Below, one piece after another: positions 20,655 through 30,779 of a stretch of 64,000 nucleotides of DNA. Positions within the stretch are counted from its first letter, which is position 1; each line of letters opens with the position of its first letter. This DNA is from an uncultured Nitrososphaerales archaeon (lineage in GTDB: Archaea; Thermoproteota; Nitrososphaeria; Nitrososphaerales; Nitrososphaeraceae). The position numbers were made by a program, and so were the translations under genes. The notes under the pieces were generated by a model, which saw only the letters and a program-made list of their open reading frames with translations, did no database searches and had not been told where the DNA came from. The stretch spans positions 32,001 to 96,000 of the forward strand of contig CAVOHZ010000008.1 of NCBI GenBank assembly GCA_963695855.1, read 5' to 3'.

Positions 20655-21386
20655 ATGCCAGATTGGGTTGCTATTCTCATATCAGGAGGTATCGTTGCAG
20701 CATTGATAACAGTTGGTGCAAATGAATTATCTAAAAGAAGACAGAATGAAATAGAAATAAAAAAACATAGAATGGATATTCTCTCACGGTATGTATCTCT
20801 CTATAACAGATTAGCACTATACACAAATTGGAATATTTCTTGGAAAATACGAGAGGCTAAGGAAGATGAAGGAAAAATTGACTATCCATTGATTATGTAT
20901 TATGTATGTGATTTTTTGCAATTAAGAAAACAATTGATACATTCATTGGGTACATTACAGTTTGATAATCTAGATGCTGACGAAATAATTAATGATTTAG
21001 AAAGAACTATTGTTGGTATAATCAAAAAAGAATTTGATGAAATAGAATTTAGTAAATTATCCTGTTTAGTGGATGATGATACGCCCTATCATAAATTTTA
21101 CGAAAAAATTAATGAAAATGAAAACAAAGAATTGTTTGAAAAATTTAAGAAATTTTTAGGAAATAATAAAGTTAATCTTGAAAAGTATTGTAGATGGTAT
21201 AGTCAATTAATAATGTTTGAATTAACTCATATTTACAAAATATGGTATAAGCAAGAACCAAAGAATTCTAAACTTAGTGAGGATTTACTACAAGAATTAG
21301 AAAAATATCCTACCTATTATAAGAGGATTAAAAAAATTGGTGAAATAGGTGACAGAGTAATATCTTTTAACCCTAAGATTAAGTAA
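20655..21386 (+). CDS. Passenger hypothetical protein with N-terminal TM anchor
   Basis: WVAILISGGIVAALITVG followed by a helical domain; lies inside the IS6 IRs. Confidence 0.8.
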   Translation: MPDWVAILISGGIVAALITVGANELSKRRQNEIEIKKHRMDILSRYVSLYNRLALYTNWNISWKIREAKEDEGKIDYPLIMYYVCDFLQLRKQLIHSLGTLQFDNLDADEIINDLERTIVGIIKKEFDEIEFSKLSCLVDDDTPYHKFYEKINENENKELFEKFKKFLGNNKVNLEKYCRWYSQLIMFELTHIYKIWYKQEPKNSKLSEDLLQELEKYPTYYKRIKKIGEIGDRVISFNPKIK

Positions 21387-21560
21387 AAGTCGGAATAATC
21401 TTCTTTCTAATTATGTGACGACAGTTATCAGACGATTTTTGACAGCTCTTTCAAACCGACAAAGAATTTACAGAACCCTTTTTATTGGATTAAATATAAT
21501 ATTCAAATAAAATTGTTTTATAAGTTGTTACATTAATTAAAATCCAATTGAAATAAACGA

Positions 21561-21584
21561 GTAGGACCAGTGGGATTTGAACCC
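21561..21584 (-). repeat. tRNA 3'-end remnant (att-like)
   Basis: Reverse strand GGGTTCAAATCCCACTGGTCC; partial repeat GTGGGACCAGT about 10 bp further on. Confidence 0.6.
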
Positions 21585-21850
21585 TTCTGTAAAGTGGGAC
21601 CAGTTACTTATTCAATTATATTATGTAATATAGAATAACATAGTTTAAGGATTAAAGAGAATTTTTTGGTGATTGTTAACAACATATCATCTAGGGATAA
21701 CATTGACATCTGTGATATCCCTTTAATTAATATAGTCTCAACGTAAATCGTCTAAAATTTTAAACATGTTGCCAACTTGACTGGTTCTTAAAACTATTTT
21801 GATATACAGATCAGAATAAATAGTATAAAAACTGCTTAGCTATTTACCAT

Positions 21851-22843
21851 ATGGAAAGTTGTTTAGAACAAAAAAATTGCAACCAGGTAATGAATAATAA
21901 TAATTATGGTGGATTTACCAGATACAGGTGGGGCTGGATCTTGTCTATAATATCTCTTCTAGTACTCTTTAACTCATCGGTAGATGATCTGATGCAAAAC
22001 AATAGGATATATGCACAGGATGCATCATCACTTCATTCCTCATCAACATCACAATCCATACTCAAAACACTGGTCGCTAATGCAGTTGAAGCATTAAAGA
22101 TAAACAACACAACAAAAACACTTTTAAATCTAAATATAGTCTTGCAGGCACTAAAAGAATCCAACGAAAATTCATCATCAATAGAAGCAACGAAATTACT
22201 TCTAAATGATGCCATTCAAGCCGTAAACAACAAAGATACTTCTAGAGCATCTGCATATATGGGTTTAGCAAGTCAGCAACTTGAGGCGGGAGCAACTTAT
22301 TATGGTACACCATCTACTGCAAACGCTAATACAGTAGCTAGCAAAAATTTTCTATCATACGAAAATCCTGTTTTTGAAATAAAAATCAAGTATCCAGATA
22401 ATTGGTCATTGAGAACATATGCATACAATCTTGCTTTAAATAATACCGTTGCTGGATTCTATTCGCCTTCAAAAACTGCATCAGAACTTGGAAACATATC
22501 TGGTGTATCTGGACATTTCGTTCCATATCTAGACATATTCGTATTTTCATCAAAGAATAAGACTTTAGATCAGATAATTGATGGGAGAATCAACAGGATA
22601 CAGAATAGCACGTACTTTCTAATAAGTGAATCAGTTCCTTCTATGTTAAAAGGAAATCAATCTGCCTATACATTGGTTTATTCTACTACAGCAGGAAAGG
22701 ATGAATTGTTCAAAAAGATGCAAGTATATACAATATTTAAAGGTAAAGTATATTTGATCACATTCACATCACAAGATGCACTATTTTCAAATTACATACT
22801 AGTAGTGAAAAAGATGATTGATTCCTTTGAATTGGGAAAATAG
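21851..22843 (+). CDS. Secreted protein with C-terminal PsbP-like domain (paralog 1)
   Basis: YENPVFEIKIKYPDNW...KVYLITFTS...KKMIDSFE PsbP-like pattern; N-terminal signal/TM. Confidence 0.8.
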   Translation: MESCLEQKNCNQVMNNNNYGGFTRYRWGWILSIISLLVLFNSSVDDLMQNNRIYAQDASSLHSSSTSQSILKTLVANAVEALKINNTTKTLLNLNIVLQALKESNENSSSIEATKLLLNDAIQAVNNKDTSRASAYMGLASQQLEAGATYYGTPSTANANTVASKNFLSYENPVFEIKIKYPDNWSLRTYAYNLALNNTVAGFYSPSKTASELGNISGVSGHFVPYLDIFVFSSKNKTLDQIIDGRINRIQNSTYFLISESVPSMLKGNQSAYTLVYSTTAGKDELFKKMQVYTIFKGKVYLITFTSQDALFSNYILVVKKMIDSFELGK

Positions 22844-23271
22844 CTACAAAACATAATTTTCTTGTATTTTTTCCCTCTTTTCTTATAGATACTAAATAAA
22901 TATCACAAGGTGTCTGGAATGTTATTACATAAACAGACTTAAAAAAGTAAGTAATGGTTTCCAATAGATATTGTCAGATATTTTGGAATAACTATTTTGA
23001 ATCTTTTCTTGAAATATTGTTGAGAAATATTGTTGAGTATGGATAAAATTTGTATCTATGTATGACAAAATATTCAAGATCCATTACGTAATTAACCGTG
23101 GATAAAATTTATGTCTGGACTAAATACTGAGAATATTATAAATTTCCATATTAGTATTTACCATGAATACATATTCAATCTTTTAAATTTTTGCATGGTT
23201 GCTAATTATGTTATAGTTCTAATGTATTCTTATAGAAAAAACTTAAGTACGATAATGAAAATACATCAGTA

Positions 23272-25122
23272 ATGATTTTTTTTTATGAAAATATGCCGAA
23301 GTTCTCGTTTACCTTGATAGCACTTTTAATTGCTGTCATGATAGGCGGATTTGTTTTAAATGTTTATGCTCAAAATCCAGAAAAGAAACCAAATTTTTTG
23401 GTAATTATGGGAGATGATTTTGGGTATTCTGATATCGGTCCTTTTGGAAGCGAAATTTCTACACCTAATTTAGATGCCCTTGCAAAAGATGGAAAGGTTT
23501 TAACTAATTACCACACAGCACCCACTTGTTCGCCTGCAAGGGTCGCGGTGATGACTGGTGTTGATTGGCATGTCGGTGGAATAGGAACCATGTATGAACT
23601 GATTGCTCCAAATCAGGTAGGTAAACCAGGATATGAGACTTACATAAACGATAGGGTGGTAACTGTTGCAGAATTATTAAGGGATGCAGGATACAACACA
23701 ATGCAATCAGGTAAGTGGCATCTTTCCGGACATGGACATCAACCTGGCACAACTCCTTGGGATAGAGGATTTACTAATGCACTTACTCTTTTAGAAGATG
23801 GGTCTAACCATTTTAACAATCTACCATACGTACCTGGCTGGTCAGTAACATTCACGCAAAATGCAACAGATGCTCCTAGACCTCAGAACGGAACATTTGA
23901 TAGCACTATGTATACTGACCAACTATTAGGGTTCTTTAAGAAAACCGAGTCAGAAAAGAAACCCTTCTTTGCATATCTAGCATTTCAAGTAGCCCACAGT
24001 CCATTCATGTCTCCTCCTGAACTAGTAGACAAATATGATAAAATCTACAGTGTGGGATGGGACAAGATAAGAGATCAGAGATTTGAGAAACAAAAGGAGT
24101 TAGGATTCTGGCCTGCAAATATGACAGACCCTGGAAGAATCCCTCCAAATGCTGTGTGGGAGGGCCTTACCACTGACCAGAAAAGTTATGCAGCAAGAGT
24201 ATTGGCAGTACACGCTGGCGGGATAGAACAGATGGATAAGGATATTGGCAGGGTTATACAATATCTCAAAGATACAGGACAGTATGATAACACATTCATT
24301 TTGTTTACTTCTGACAATGGCAGCAGCGAACCATTTGAAATCGCTCTCTTCCGATATGCTAGCGGTGTAGATCTTACACATGCAAAGCAATTTGTGGCTG
24401 GAATAAATAATACCTTGTCAAATCTTGGAAATCCTACTTCAGATTTTAATTATGGTTCATGGGGAACGTACGTGGCGACTTCTCCATTCTCTGGTTTCAA
24501 GACAAGCCTTTATGAAGGGGGCGTAAGACCGCCAGCTATAATTAAGGAAGCAGAATCGGTTTCTCCAGCACCAGCAAGTACTAGTTCAAGTTCCAACCTT
24601 GTCAAGAGTTTTGTATACGTGACAGACATAACGCCAACAATTTTAGAATTGGCAGGTGTATCACATCCTTCAACTTATCAAGGACATGATGTTCATGCAG
24701 TGATGGGAAAATCACTAAAGCCACTTCTGGATGGAACCATGGATAAAATCCATCCTGATGACGAGGCCATCTCCGGCGAAATGTTCAACAATACGAGCGT
24801 ACGAATGGGTGATTGGAAAGCCACCTCGTATGGGTACCCTCCACAATGGAAACTATACAATCTAGCAACCGACTTGGGAGAGAGTACTGACCTTGCAAAT
24901 GAGCATCCAGATATCCTGGAAAAATTAATTACTGCTTATGACAAGTATGCTCAAGACGTAGGAGTAGTAATTCCAAGGGGAGAGAAATTTTCACAAACTG
25001 CAAAGAATAATTTCCCACCAATAACTGAAAAAGACATCCAGACTATTGACTTGGCTAACATGCTTGTACCAGGCTATCCTTTGAGTGCAAATGCAACTAA
25101 TCCTCAAGCCATCATTAATTAA
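23272..25122 (+). CDS. Secreted arylsulfatase (AtsA-like, formylglycine-dependent)
   Basis: KPNFLVIMGDDFGYSD, CSPAR, GKWHL, FTSDNG, LYEGGVR, LYNLATDLGE; signal peptide. Confidence 0.95.
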   Translation: MIFFYENMPKFSFTLIALLIAVMIGGFVLNVYAQNPEKKPNFLVIMGDDFGYSDIGPFGSEISTPNLDALAKDGKVLTNYHTAPTCSPARVAVMTGVDWHVGGIGTMYELIAPNQVGKPGYETYINDRVVTVAELLRDAGYNTMQSGKWHLSGHGHQPGTTPWDRGFTNALTLLEDGSNHFNNLPYVPGWSVTFTQNATDAPRPQNGTFDSTMYTDQLLGFFKKTESEKKPFFAYLAFQVAHSPFMSPPELVDKYDKIYSVGWDKIRDQRFEKQKELGFWPANMTDPGRIPPNAVWEGLTTDQKSYAARVLAVHAGGIEQMDKDIGRVIQYLKDTGQYDNTFILFTSDNGSSEPFEIALFRYASGVDLTHAKQFVAGINNTLSNLGNPTSDFNYGSWGTYVATSPFSGFKTSLYEGGVRPPAIIKEAESVSPAPASTSSSSNLVKSFVYVTDITPTILELAGVSHPSTYQGHDVHAVMGKSLKPLLDGTMDKIHPDDEAISGEMFNNTSVRMGDWKATSYGYPPQWKLYNLATDLGESTDLANEHPDILEKLITAYDKYAQDVGVVIPRGEKFSQTAKNNFPPITEKDIQTIDLANMLVPGYPLSANATNPQAIIN

Positions 25123-26356
25123 TGGATGGAAAAAAAGTATGCATTTGAAAGGATTAAAAAAGCTCAATTTTTTTCAACCTAATTTTTTTTTGATATTACA
25201 ATCAAAAAAAAAACAAAAGACTAAACTGTATACTCGATATCGATTAAAGCCATACACTTTTCTGTTCTCAATCGTATCTCTCATTTTTACTCTGTCCATT
25301 AACAATATACTTATTATAGTACCGCCAATTTCAGCTCAGACAAATTTAAGCTCGTCTTCTTTATCTGCTGACCAACAAACCCAGGACATTTTAGACCCTT
25401 TACCTTCTTGGAACGATGCCAAAGTAAAACACAATATAATAGAATTCGTACAAAATGTGACAGATTCTGAAAAAACCAATTATTATATCCCTCCTGAAGA
25501 CAGAATTGCAGTTTTTGATAATGATGGAACTTTATGGTCAGAAAAACCAATACCATTTCAAGGTTATTTTTCTATTGACAGAGTTCCTACTGTAGTTGCC
25601 AAAAATCCAGAATTAAAGGATAAATCACCTTTCAAAGAAATTCTGGCAAAGAACATGACTGCACTAAAAGACATGACAGAAAAAGAGGTAATGAACCTGA
25701 TTGTTACAACGCTTGCAAATATATCAGAAATTGAGTTTGATAATCTTGTTAAGAAATGGGCTCAAAATGCCACTCATCCAGAAACAAAAAGACTCTTTGT
25801 AGATATGGTATATCAGCCTATGCTGGAACTCTTGCATTTTCTAAAAACAAAACAATTTAAAGAATTTATTGTTTCTGGTGGAGGAGTAGACTTTATGAGA
25901 GAAGCGCTTTCCTCAGTATATGAAATTCCCAAAGATCAAATAATTGGAAGCAGTCTAAAATACAAGTTTGTAGACAAAATCAACAATACAAATAATGATA
26001 TTAACAACAACAAATCATTTATTTTCAGAGAACCTGTTCTTGTTTCCTTTGATAACACCTATGAAAAACCAGCCAACATTGCACTGCACATAGGCAAAGT
26101 ACCTGTAATTGTAGCAGGAAATTCTGATGGAGATCTGCAGATGCTTGAATATGGTGATGACAATAATCCCACAGGAAAATCTTTGAAAATATTGATTCAT
26201 CACGATGATCCTATACGAGAGTTCTCGTATGACAAAGGTGCAGAAAAGGTATTGGAAGAAGCTAAGAAACGCAACTGGAATATAGCAAGTATGAAGGATG
26301 ATTTTACAACAATATTTCCTTCTGTTGGAAATAAAACTTCTGATGCAAGCAAATAA
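25085..26356 (+). CDS. Secreted HAD-superfamily phosphatase
   Basis: FDNDGTLWSEKP, IVSGGG, AGNSDGDLQML, HHDD.REFSYD. Start probably downstream of 25085. Confidence 0.9.
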   Translation: MQMQLILKPSLINGWKKSMHLKGLKKLNFFQPNFFLILQSKKKQKTKLYTRYRLKPYTFLFSIVSLIFTLSINNILIIVPPISAQTNLSSSSLSADQQTQDILDPLPSWNDAKVKHNIIEFVQNVTDSEKTNYYIPPEDRIAVFDNDGTLWSEKPIPFQGYFSIDRVPTVVAKNPELKDKSPFKEILAKNMTALKDMTEKEVMNLIVTTLANISEIEFDNLVKKWAQNATHPETKRLFVDMVYQPMLELLHFLKTKQFKEFIVSGGGVDFMREALSSVYEIPKDQIIGSSLKYKFVDKINNTNNDINNNKSFIFREPVLVSFDNTYEKPANIALHIGKVPVIVAGNSDGDLQMLEYGDDNNPTGKSLKILIHHDDPIREFSYDKGAEKVLEEAKKRNWNIASMKDDFTTIFPSVGNKTSDASK

Positions 26357-26418
26357 AACAAAATACATTCTCAATTATTTTATTATCTATCAAAACTCCC
26401 AATTCTATATTTAAAATA

Positions 26419-26685
26419 TTGGTTGACTATTTAGAGACAATAAGACTTCGTCGGGCTAGAGGTCTATTACTTGCATTAGATTTTGAAGTAGGAAGTGATA
26501 TTTTAAAAACTATTCTTGTACCTTCAGTTAGAGAACTTACAATATTGGCAGTCATTGTAGGAGTGAGAATTGCATTGAATTGGTCTCTCTCTAAGGAGAT
26601 AGATAGGCATTCAACAGTTATAGAAGAAAATCAACAACAGAAAAATACTACTACTAAACAAAATAAAGTCTCAAGATTTAAATGA
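26419..26685 (+). pseudogene. DUF1622 membrane protein, C-terminal half only
   Basis: GLLLALDFEVGSDILKTI...LAVIVGVRIALNWSLSKEI; lacks the N-terminal TM present in paralog 31908. Confidence 0.65.
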
Positions 26686-26703
26686 CCTCTAATTTATATT
26701 TTT

Positions 26704-27150
26704 ATGTCCTTCAATAATTTCTTGTCCTTTTCTCTTTTTCCTACATCAATAAATATAGAAAATATTATTTATATAATTACTTCATTAATTGATATTATTG
26801 CAATAACAGTAATTGCTGTTACCTTAATTCAGACAATAATTTATCTTTTAAAATACAATCTTAAATTATTATCCCTATTATCATCATAATAACCAAATAC
26901 AAATTTAAAAATTGTTAAAAGAAATTTTATTTCTGGTCTGGTTTTAGCATTAGAATTTGAAATAGCAAATGCAGTATTAAAAATGGGTCTTTTTCTAACA
27001 GTGGCAGTAAATCAGTCAGCATCATCAACAGCAGCAGCAGCAATTACATCAGAAAATTTATTTAATAATTTTTTAATTTTTATAATGATTCTTGCCGTTA
27101 GAATTGCGATTAATCAATCTCTTCAAAGATTTGATAGAAATAATAGATAG
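26704..27150 (+). pseudogene. DUF1622-like membrane protein with two in-frame stops
   Basis: The frame continues past TAATAA (26887-26892) into GLVLALEFEIANAVLK...VRIAINQSL. Confidence 0.65.
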
Positions 27151-27263
27151 AACTTCTATTGGTATTAAGAACAACAAAAAATAGGATCTTTCTAGATTTA
27201 TTCTATTTCTTCTGTTACTCTTTATTAGTTATATAATTTAATAAGATAATAACAATCAAAAAA

Positions 27264-27455
27264 ATGACTACATGTACAATTTTAGATTCTTTGATTTGAG
27301 GCTTTGTTGCTAGTGTTCCTCTACTTATAGGCTCAATAGTTGCATTATATGTTAATTTACCAAAAAATGTAATTGCTTCAATAATGGCATTAGGTAGTGG
27401 AGTATTGATTGCTGCTTTGGCTTTTTTATTAATAGAAGAATCTTTCAAAAGCAAT
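27264..27455 (+). pseudogene. ZIP/GufA metal transporter N-terminal fragment
   Basis: LI*GFVASVPLLIGSIVAL...IMALGSGVLIAALAFLLIEESF. Confidence 0.6.
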
Positions 27456-27589
27456 TCACATAGTGAAGAATTGTCACTATTCTATGGAGGAAAATTTAGA
27501 GAGGTCTTCCAAAAGCGAAACGATATGCTGATGAGATAGCTCCTACAAATAGATGAGATTTAAAAAAAATAACCTTATGTATTATTATG

Positions 27590-28639
27590 TTATGTGGTCC
27601 TGATAATACACCTGAACCCGATATGGGTCATCCCCGTATCGATCATCTGAGGTTGTCGAGCAGCAGGCCGGTATCGTAAACAATAATTCGGAGCGCAGAT
27701 ATGCGAACCACCTTTCACTACTTTTCTTGGGATCTTAAACTGTAGTTGTCTTGGATCATAACTGTATTCGGGTGACGTTACTCGTGGATTGACAGAAGTT
27801 GTGCAGCAAGTTTTGACCTTATTAGCAGATTCATCTAAATGTGGGACATACCAGTCCGATGTCCATTCCCAAACATTACCTGCCATATCAAACAAACCGT
27901 AACCGTTTGGATCAAATGAACCAACAGGAGAAGTGCCTTCATATTTATCTATTAATAAATTCTGGTAAGGGAATTCTCCCTGCCAGGTATTGGCCATGGG
28001 TTTAATAAGCTGTGTATCTTCATTTCCCCAGGTAAAATCCATTCCATCTAATCCACCCCTTGCTGCAAACTCCCATTCTGCTTCCGTGGGCAATTCTTTT
28101 GCTGTCCATTTAGCATAGGCTTCTGCATCTTCATAAGCGATATGAACAACAGGATGATCATCCAATCCAATAATGGTACTGCTAGGTCCCTGCGGATGCT
28201 TCCAGCTGGCGCCCTTCATCCATTGCCACCAGTTTTCATAGTTTTTCAGATCGACAGGTTCATTCCTTTTTTTAAAAACCATGGATCCTGGAACAAGATT
28301 TTCTTCAGGAACAGTGGGAAAATCAGCCAGATTCAATGGTCTTTCTGCTATAGTTATATAATTAGTTGCCGATACAAAATCACTAAATTCTTTATTAGTC
28401 ACCGGGTATTTATCGATCCATAAACCGTCCACTGTAACTTTATGCTCAGGTTTTTCTTCCGGGTAAAATTTATCTGAACCCATCATAAAACTTCCACCAG
28501 CTATAAACACCATATTTTCCTGGTGAAGCGCTCTTCTTTCTTTATTAATTTCTTCTGTTCTGTCTAACATGTTGAATAGGTTTTTTTTGTTGTTATTAAT
28601 GGCTGGCAGTAGCTTCGGACATTTTCGCCATTGCATCAT
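27590..28639 (-). CDS. Formylglycine-generating enzyme (sulfatase maturase, SUMF1-like)
   Basis: FMMGS..FYPEE.P.H, LPTEAEWEFAARGG, GNVWEW, KGGSHICAPNYCLRYRPAAR. Likely start at ~28570 (MLDRTEE). Confidence 0.93.
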   Translation of the reverse strand: MMQWRKCPKLLPAINNNKKNLFNMLDRTEEINKERRALHQENMVFIAGGSFMMGSDKFYPEEKPEHKVTVDGLWIDKYPVTNKEFSDFVSATNYITIAERPLNLADFPTVPEENLVPGSMVFKKRNEPVDLKNYENWWQWMKGASWKHPQGPSSTIIGLDDHPVVHIAYEDAEAYAKWTAKELPTEAEWEFAARGGLDGMDFTWGNEDTQLIKPMANTWQGEFPYQNLLIDKYEGTSPVGSFDPNGYGLFDMAGNVWEWTSDWYVPHLDESANKVKTCCTTSVNPRVTSPEYSYDPRQLQFKIPRKVVKGGSHICAPNYCLRYRPAARQPQMIDTGMTHIGFRCIIRTT

Positions 28640-30143
28640 CTATCGTGAACGAGTTTGGCTTCTGGATGGCTGGGAACTCCTTAAAGGTTTCTGCAAACTT
28701 TCCTGCTGCATACTGAGCCAAGTATACAAAATAAGCATTGTGAATCATCCATTCCCAGTACGAATTCGAAGTGGTATCTGCGAATTCGTATGGATCGGTG
28801 CGAAGGTTGAAAATCTTTGGAATACGAAGGCGGATGAAAGGCTCAGCCCATACTTGGAGGGTTCCCGGGCAGCGCTGTTCCATAAATACGAACTTCCAAT
28901 TATCGAAACGTATGCCAAGTACATCACCATCGTCACTGAAATAGAAATAGATATTGCGGGGACTTTGTGTTACTTCACCAGTAAGGTAGGGCAGCAGGTT
29001 AAAACCGTCGATATGATTCTTATAGGTTCGCCCGATGGCTCTGTATCCCTTCTTGAGTTTCTCCACTACTTCTATATCGCCTGCCAGGGCTAGGAAGGTT
29101 GGCAGCCAGTCGTGGTGCTGAACGATACCATTTGAAATTGAACCGGCCTCGATCTTGCCAGGCCAGCGCACCAGCAACGGAATACGGAATGCCCCTTCCC
29201 AGTTGGTATTCTTTTCACTACGGAATGGGGTCGTGGCTCCATCAGGCCAGGTATTGCTGTGAGGCCCGTTATCAGTGGAATATACGACGAAGGTATCTTG
29301 GGCAATTCCAAGCTCGTCGAGCAGATCAAGCATTTGTCCAACATTTTTATCATGGTCGATCATCGTGTCATGATATGTAGACTGCCAGCGACCTGCCTGA
29401 CCTTTGCTTGAATCTTTGGTATGCGTAATAAAATGCATATGTGTAGTATTTAGCCATACAAAAAAGGGTTTTCCATCTTTATGCTGGCGCTGGATAAAAT
29501 CTTTGGCTGCAGAAACAAATTCATCATCACAGTTTTCCATCCGTTTTGAGGTCAGAGGTCCTGTATCCTCAATTTTTTGCTTTCCAACTTTTCCCCAACG
29601 CGGCATTTCTGTGGGATCATCGGTGTCTGTGGCCCAGGAATGGATCACACCACGAGGACCAAATGTTTCAAAGAATTGGGGAAATTCTTTTTTTGAAGGA
29701 TAGTTGTCCATTTCAGGCTCCTCCTCTGCGTTGAGATGATAAAGATTGCCAAAGAACTCGTCGAATCCATGATTGGTGGGCAACATATGGTTGAGATCGC
29801 CCAAATGGTTCTTACCGAATTGTCCTGTAGCATAACCTTCTTCATTTAACAATGCGGCGATAGTCACGATCTTTTCACTCATCCCTACCGGTGCGCCAGG
29901 CATGCCTACTTTGGACAAGCCGGTGCGGTAAACGCTTTGACCTGTAATAAAGGATGAGCGACCCGCTGTACAGGACTGTTCGCCATAGGCGTCTGTAAAC
30001 ATCATGCCTTCTTTCGCAATACGGTCAATATTGGGTGTTTGGTAACCCATCAATCCGTGCGAATAACAACTGAGATTGGTTATCCCAATATCGTCACCCC
30101 AGATGACAAGAATATTAGGTTGTTTTTGTTTTCCTTTTTCCAA
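28596..30143 (-). CDS. Cytoplasmic arylsulfatase
   Basis: PNILVIWGDDIG, SCTAGRSSFITG, GKNHLG, STDNG, WEGAFR; no signal peptide. Confidence 0.95.
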   Translation of the reverse strand: MEKGKQKQPNILVIWGDDIGITNLSCYSHGLMGYQTPNIDRIAKEGMMFTDAYGEQSCTAGRSSFITGQSVYRTGLSKVGMPGAPVGMSEKIVTIAALLNEEGYATGQFGKNHLGDLNHMLPTNHGFDEFFGNLYHLNAEEEPEMDNYPSKKEFPQFFETFGPRGVIHSWATDTDDPTEMPRWGKVGKQKIEDTGPLTSKRMENCDDEFVSAAKDFIQRQHKDGKPFFVWLNTTHMHFITHTKDSSKGQAGRWQSTYHDTMIDHDKNVGQMLDLLDELGIAQDTFVVYSTDNGPHSNTWPDGATTPFRSEKNTNWEGAFRIPLLVRWPGKIEAGSISNGIVQHHDWLPTFLALAGDIEVVEKLKKGYRAIGRTYKNHIDGFNLLPYLTGEVTQSPRNIYFYFSDDGDVLGIRFDNWKFVFMEQRCPGTLQVWAEPFIRLRIPKIFNLRTDPYEFADTTSNSYWEWMIHNAYFVYLAQYAAGKFAETFKEFPAIQKPNSFTIDDAMAKMSEATASH

Positions 30144-30779
30144 TTTTCTTTTCCTTTTACAATTACCAATTCTATTACTTAAGATTACCTAAGATTACCA
30201 AATTGGTTAATTGTCTGGGGTTACAGCAAATTTGGGAACCATAATTCATACAGCCGGTTTCATATGTAACTGCCATTGGAAAAATACTTCATATATAGAA
30301 GTTTTTTCACATATCCCTCATAAGCATTTTAATACAAAACAGAAAAGACACTATTCAAAAAGACATTCAGGAAAATTTTAATCAATTAATTAATGAGATT
30401 AAATCACAATAAAATTTTAGTTCTGTTGATTCACATCTTTTATTAGTCTCTCATAATTTCATAAATGGGAGAATATTGGAAGGGTTATCTGAATTGAAAT
30501 CTGCAAATGAAGAATAGAAGAATTCTAGTATGACAATTATGAGAATAGGAAGTGATTTTATTTCTATTGCTAAAAATAATACTACATATACAAATTACAG
30601 TACAGGAGAGATTTTAGATAATTTTGATAATATTTCAATAAATATTGGAAAGAAAATTATAAATTTAAGAATTCAACTCTCTAATTGACACACAGCTATA
30701 TCTGTACAATCAGGCTATGCCATTTTGAAAAAAAATATTAACTAAAGTTTTCTTTACATGATAATAAGATGATTACAAG

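Larger units (their letters stand above)
19005..21477 (+). mobile_element. IS6-family cargo transposon (2473 bp)
   Basis: IRs start GGTTCTGTAAA, with imperfect similarity over ~55 bp; 8-bp TSD CTTTTTAT at 18997-19004 and 21478-21485. Confidence 0.92.

Noticed and set aside
27215-27454. 79-aa minus-strand ORF
   Set aside because: Shadow of the plus-strand ZIP transporter pseudogene.
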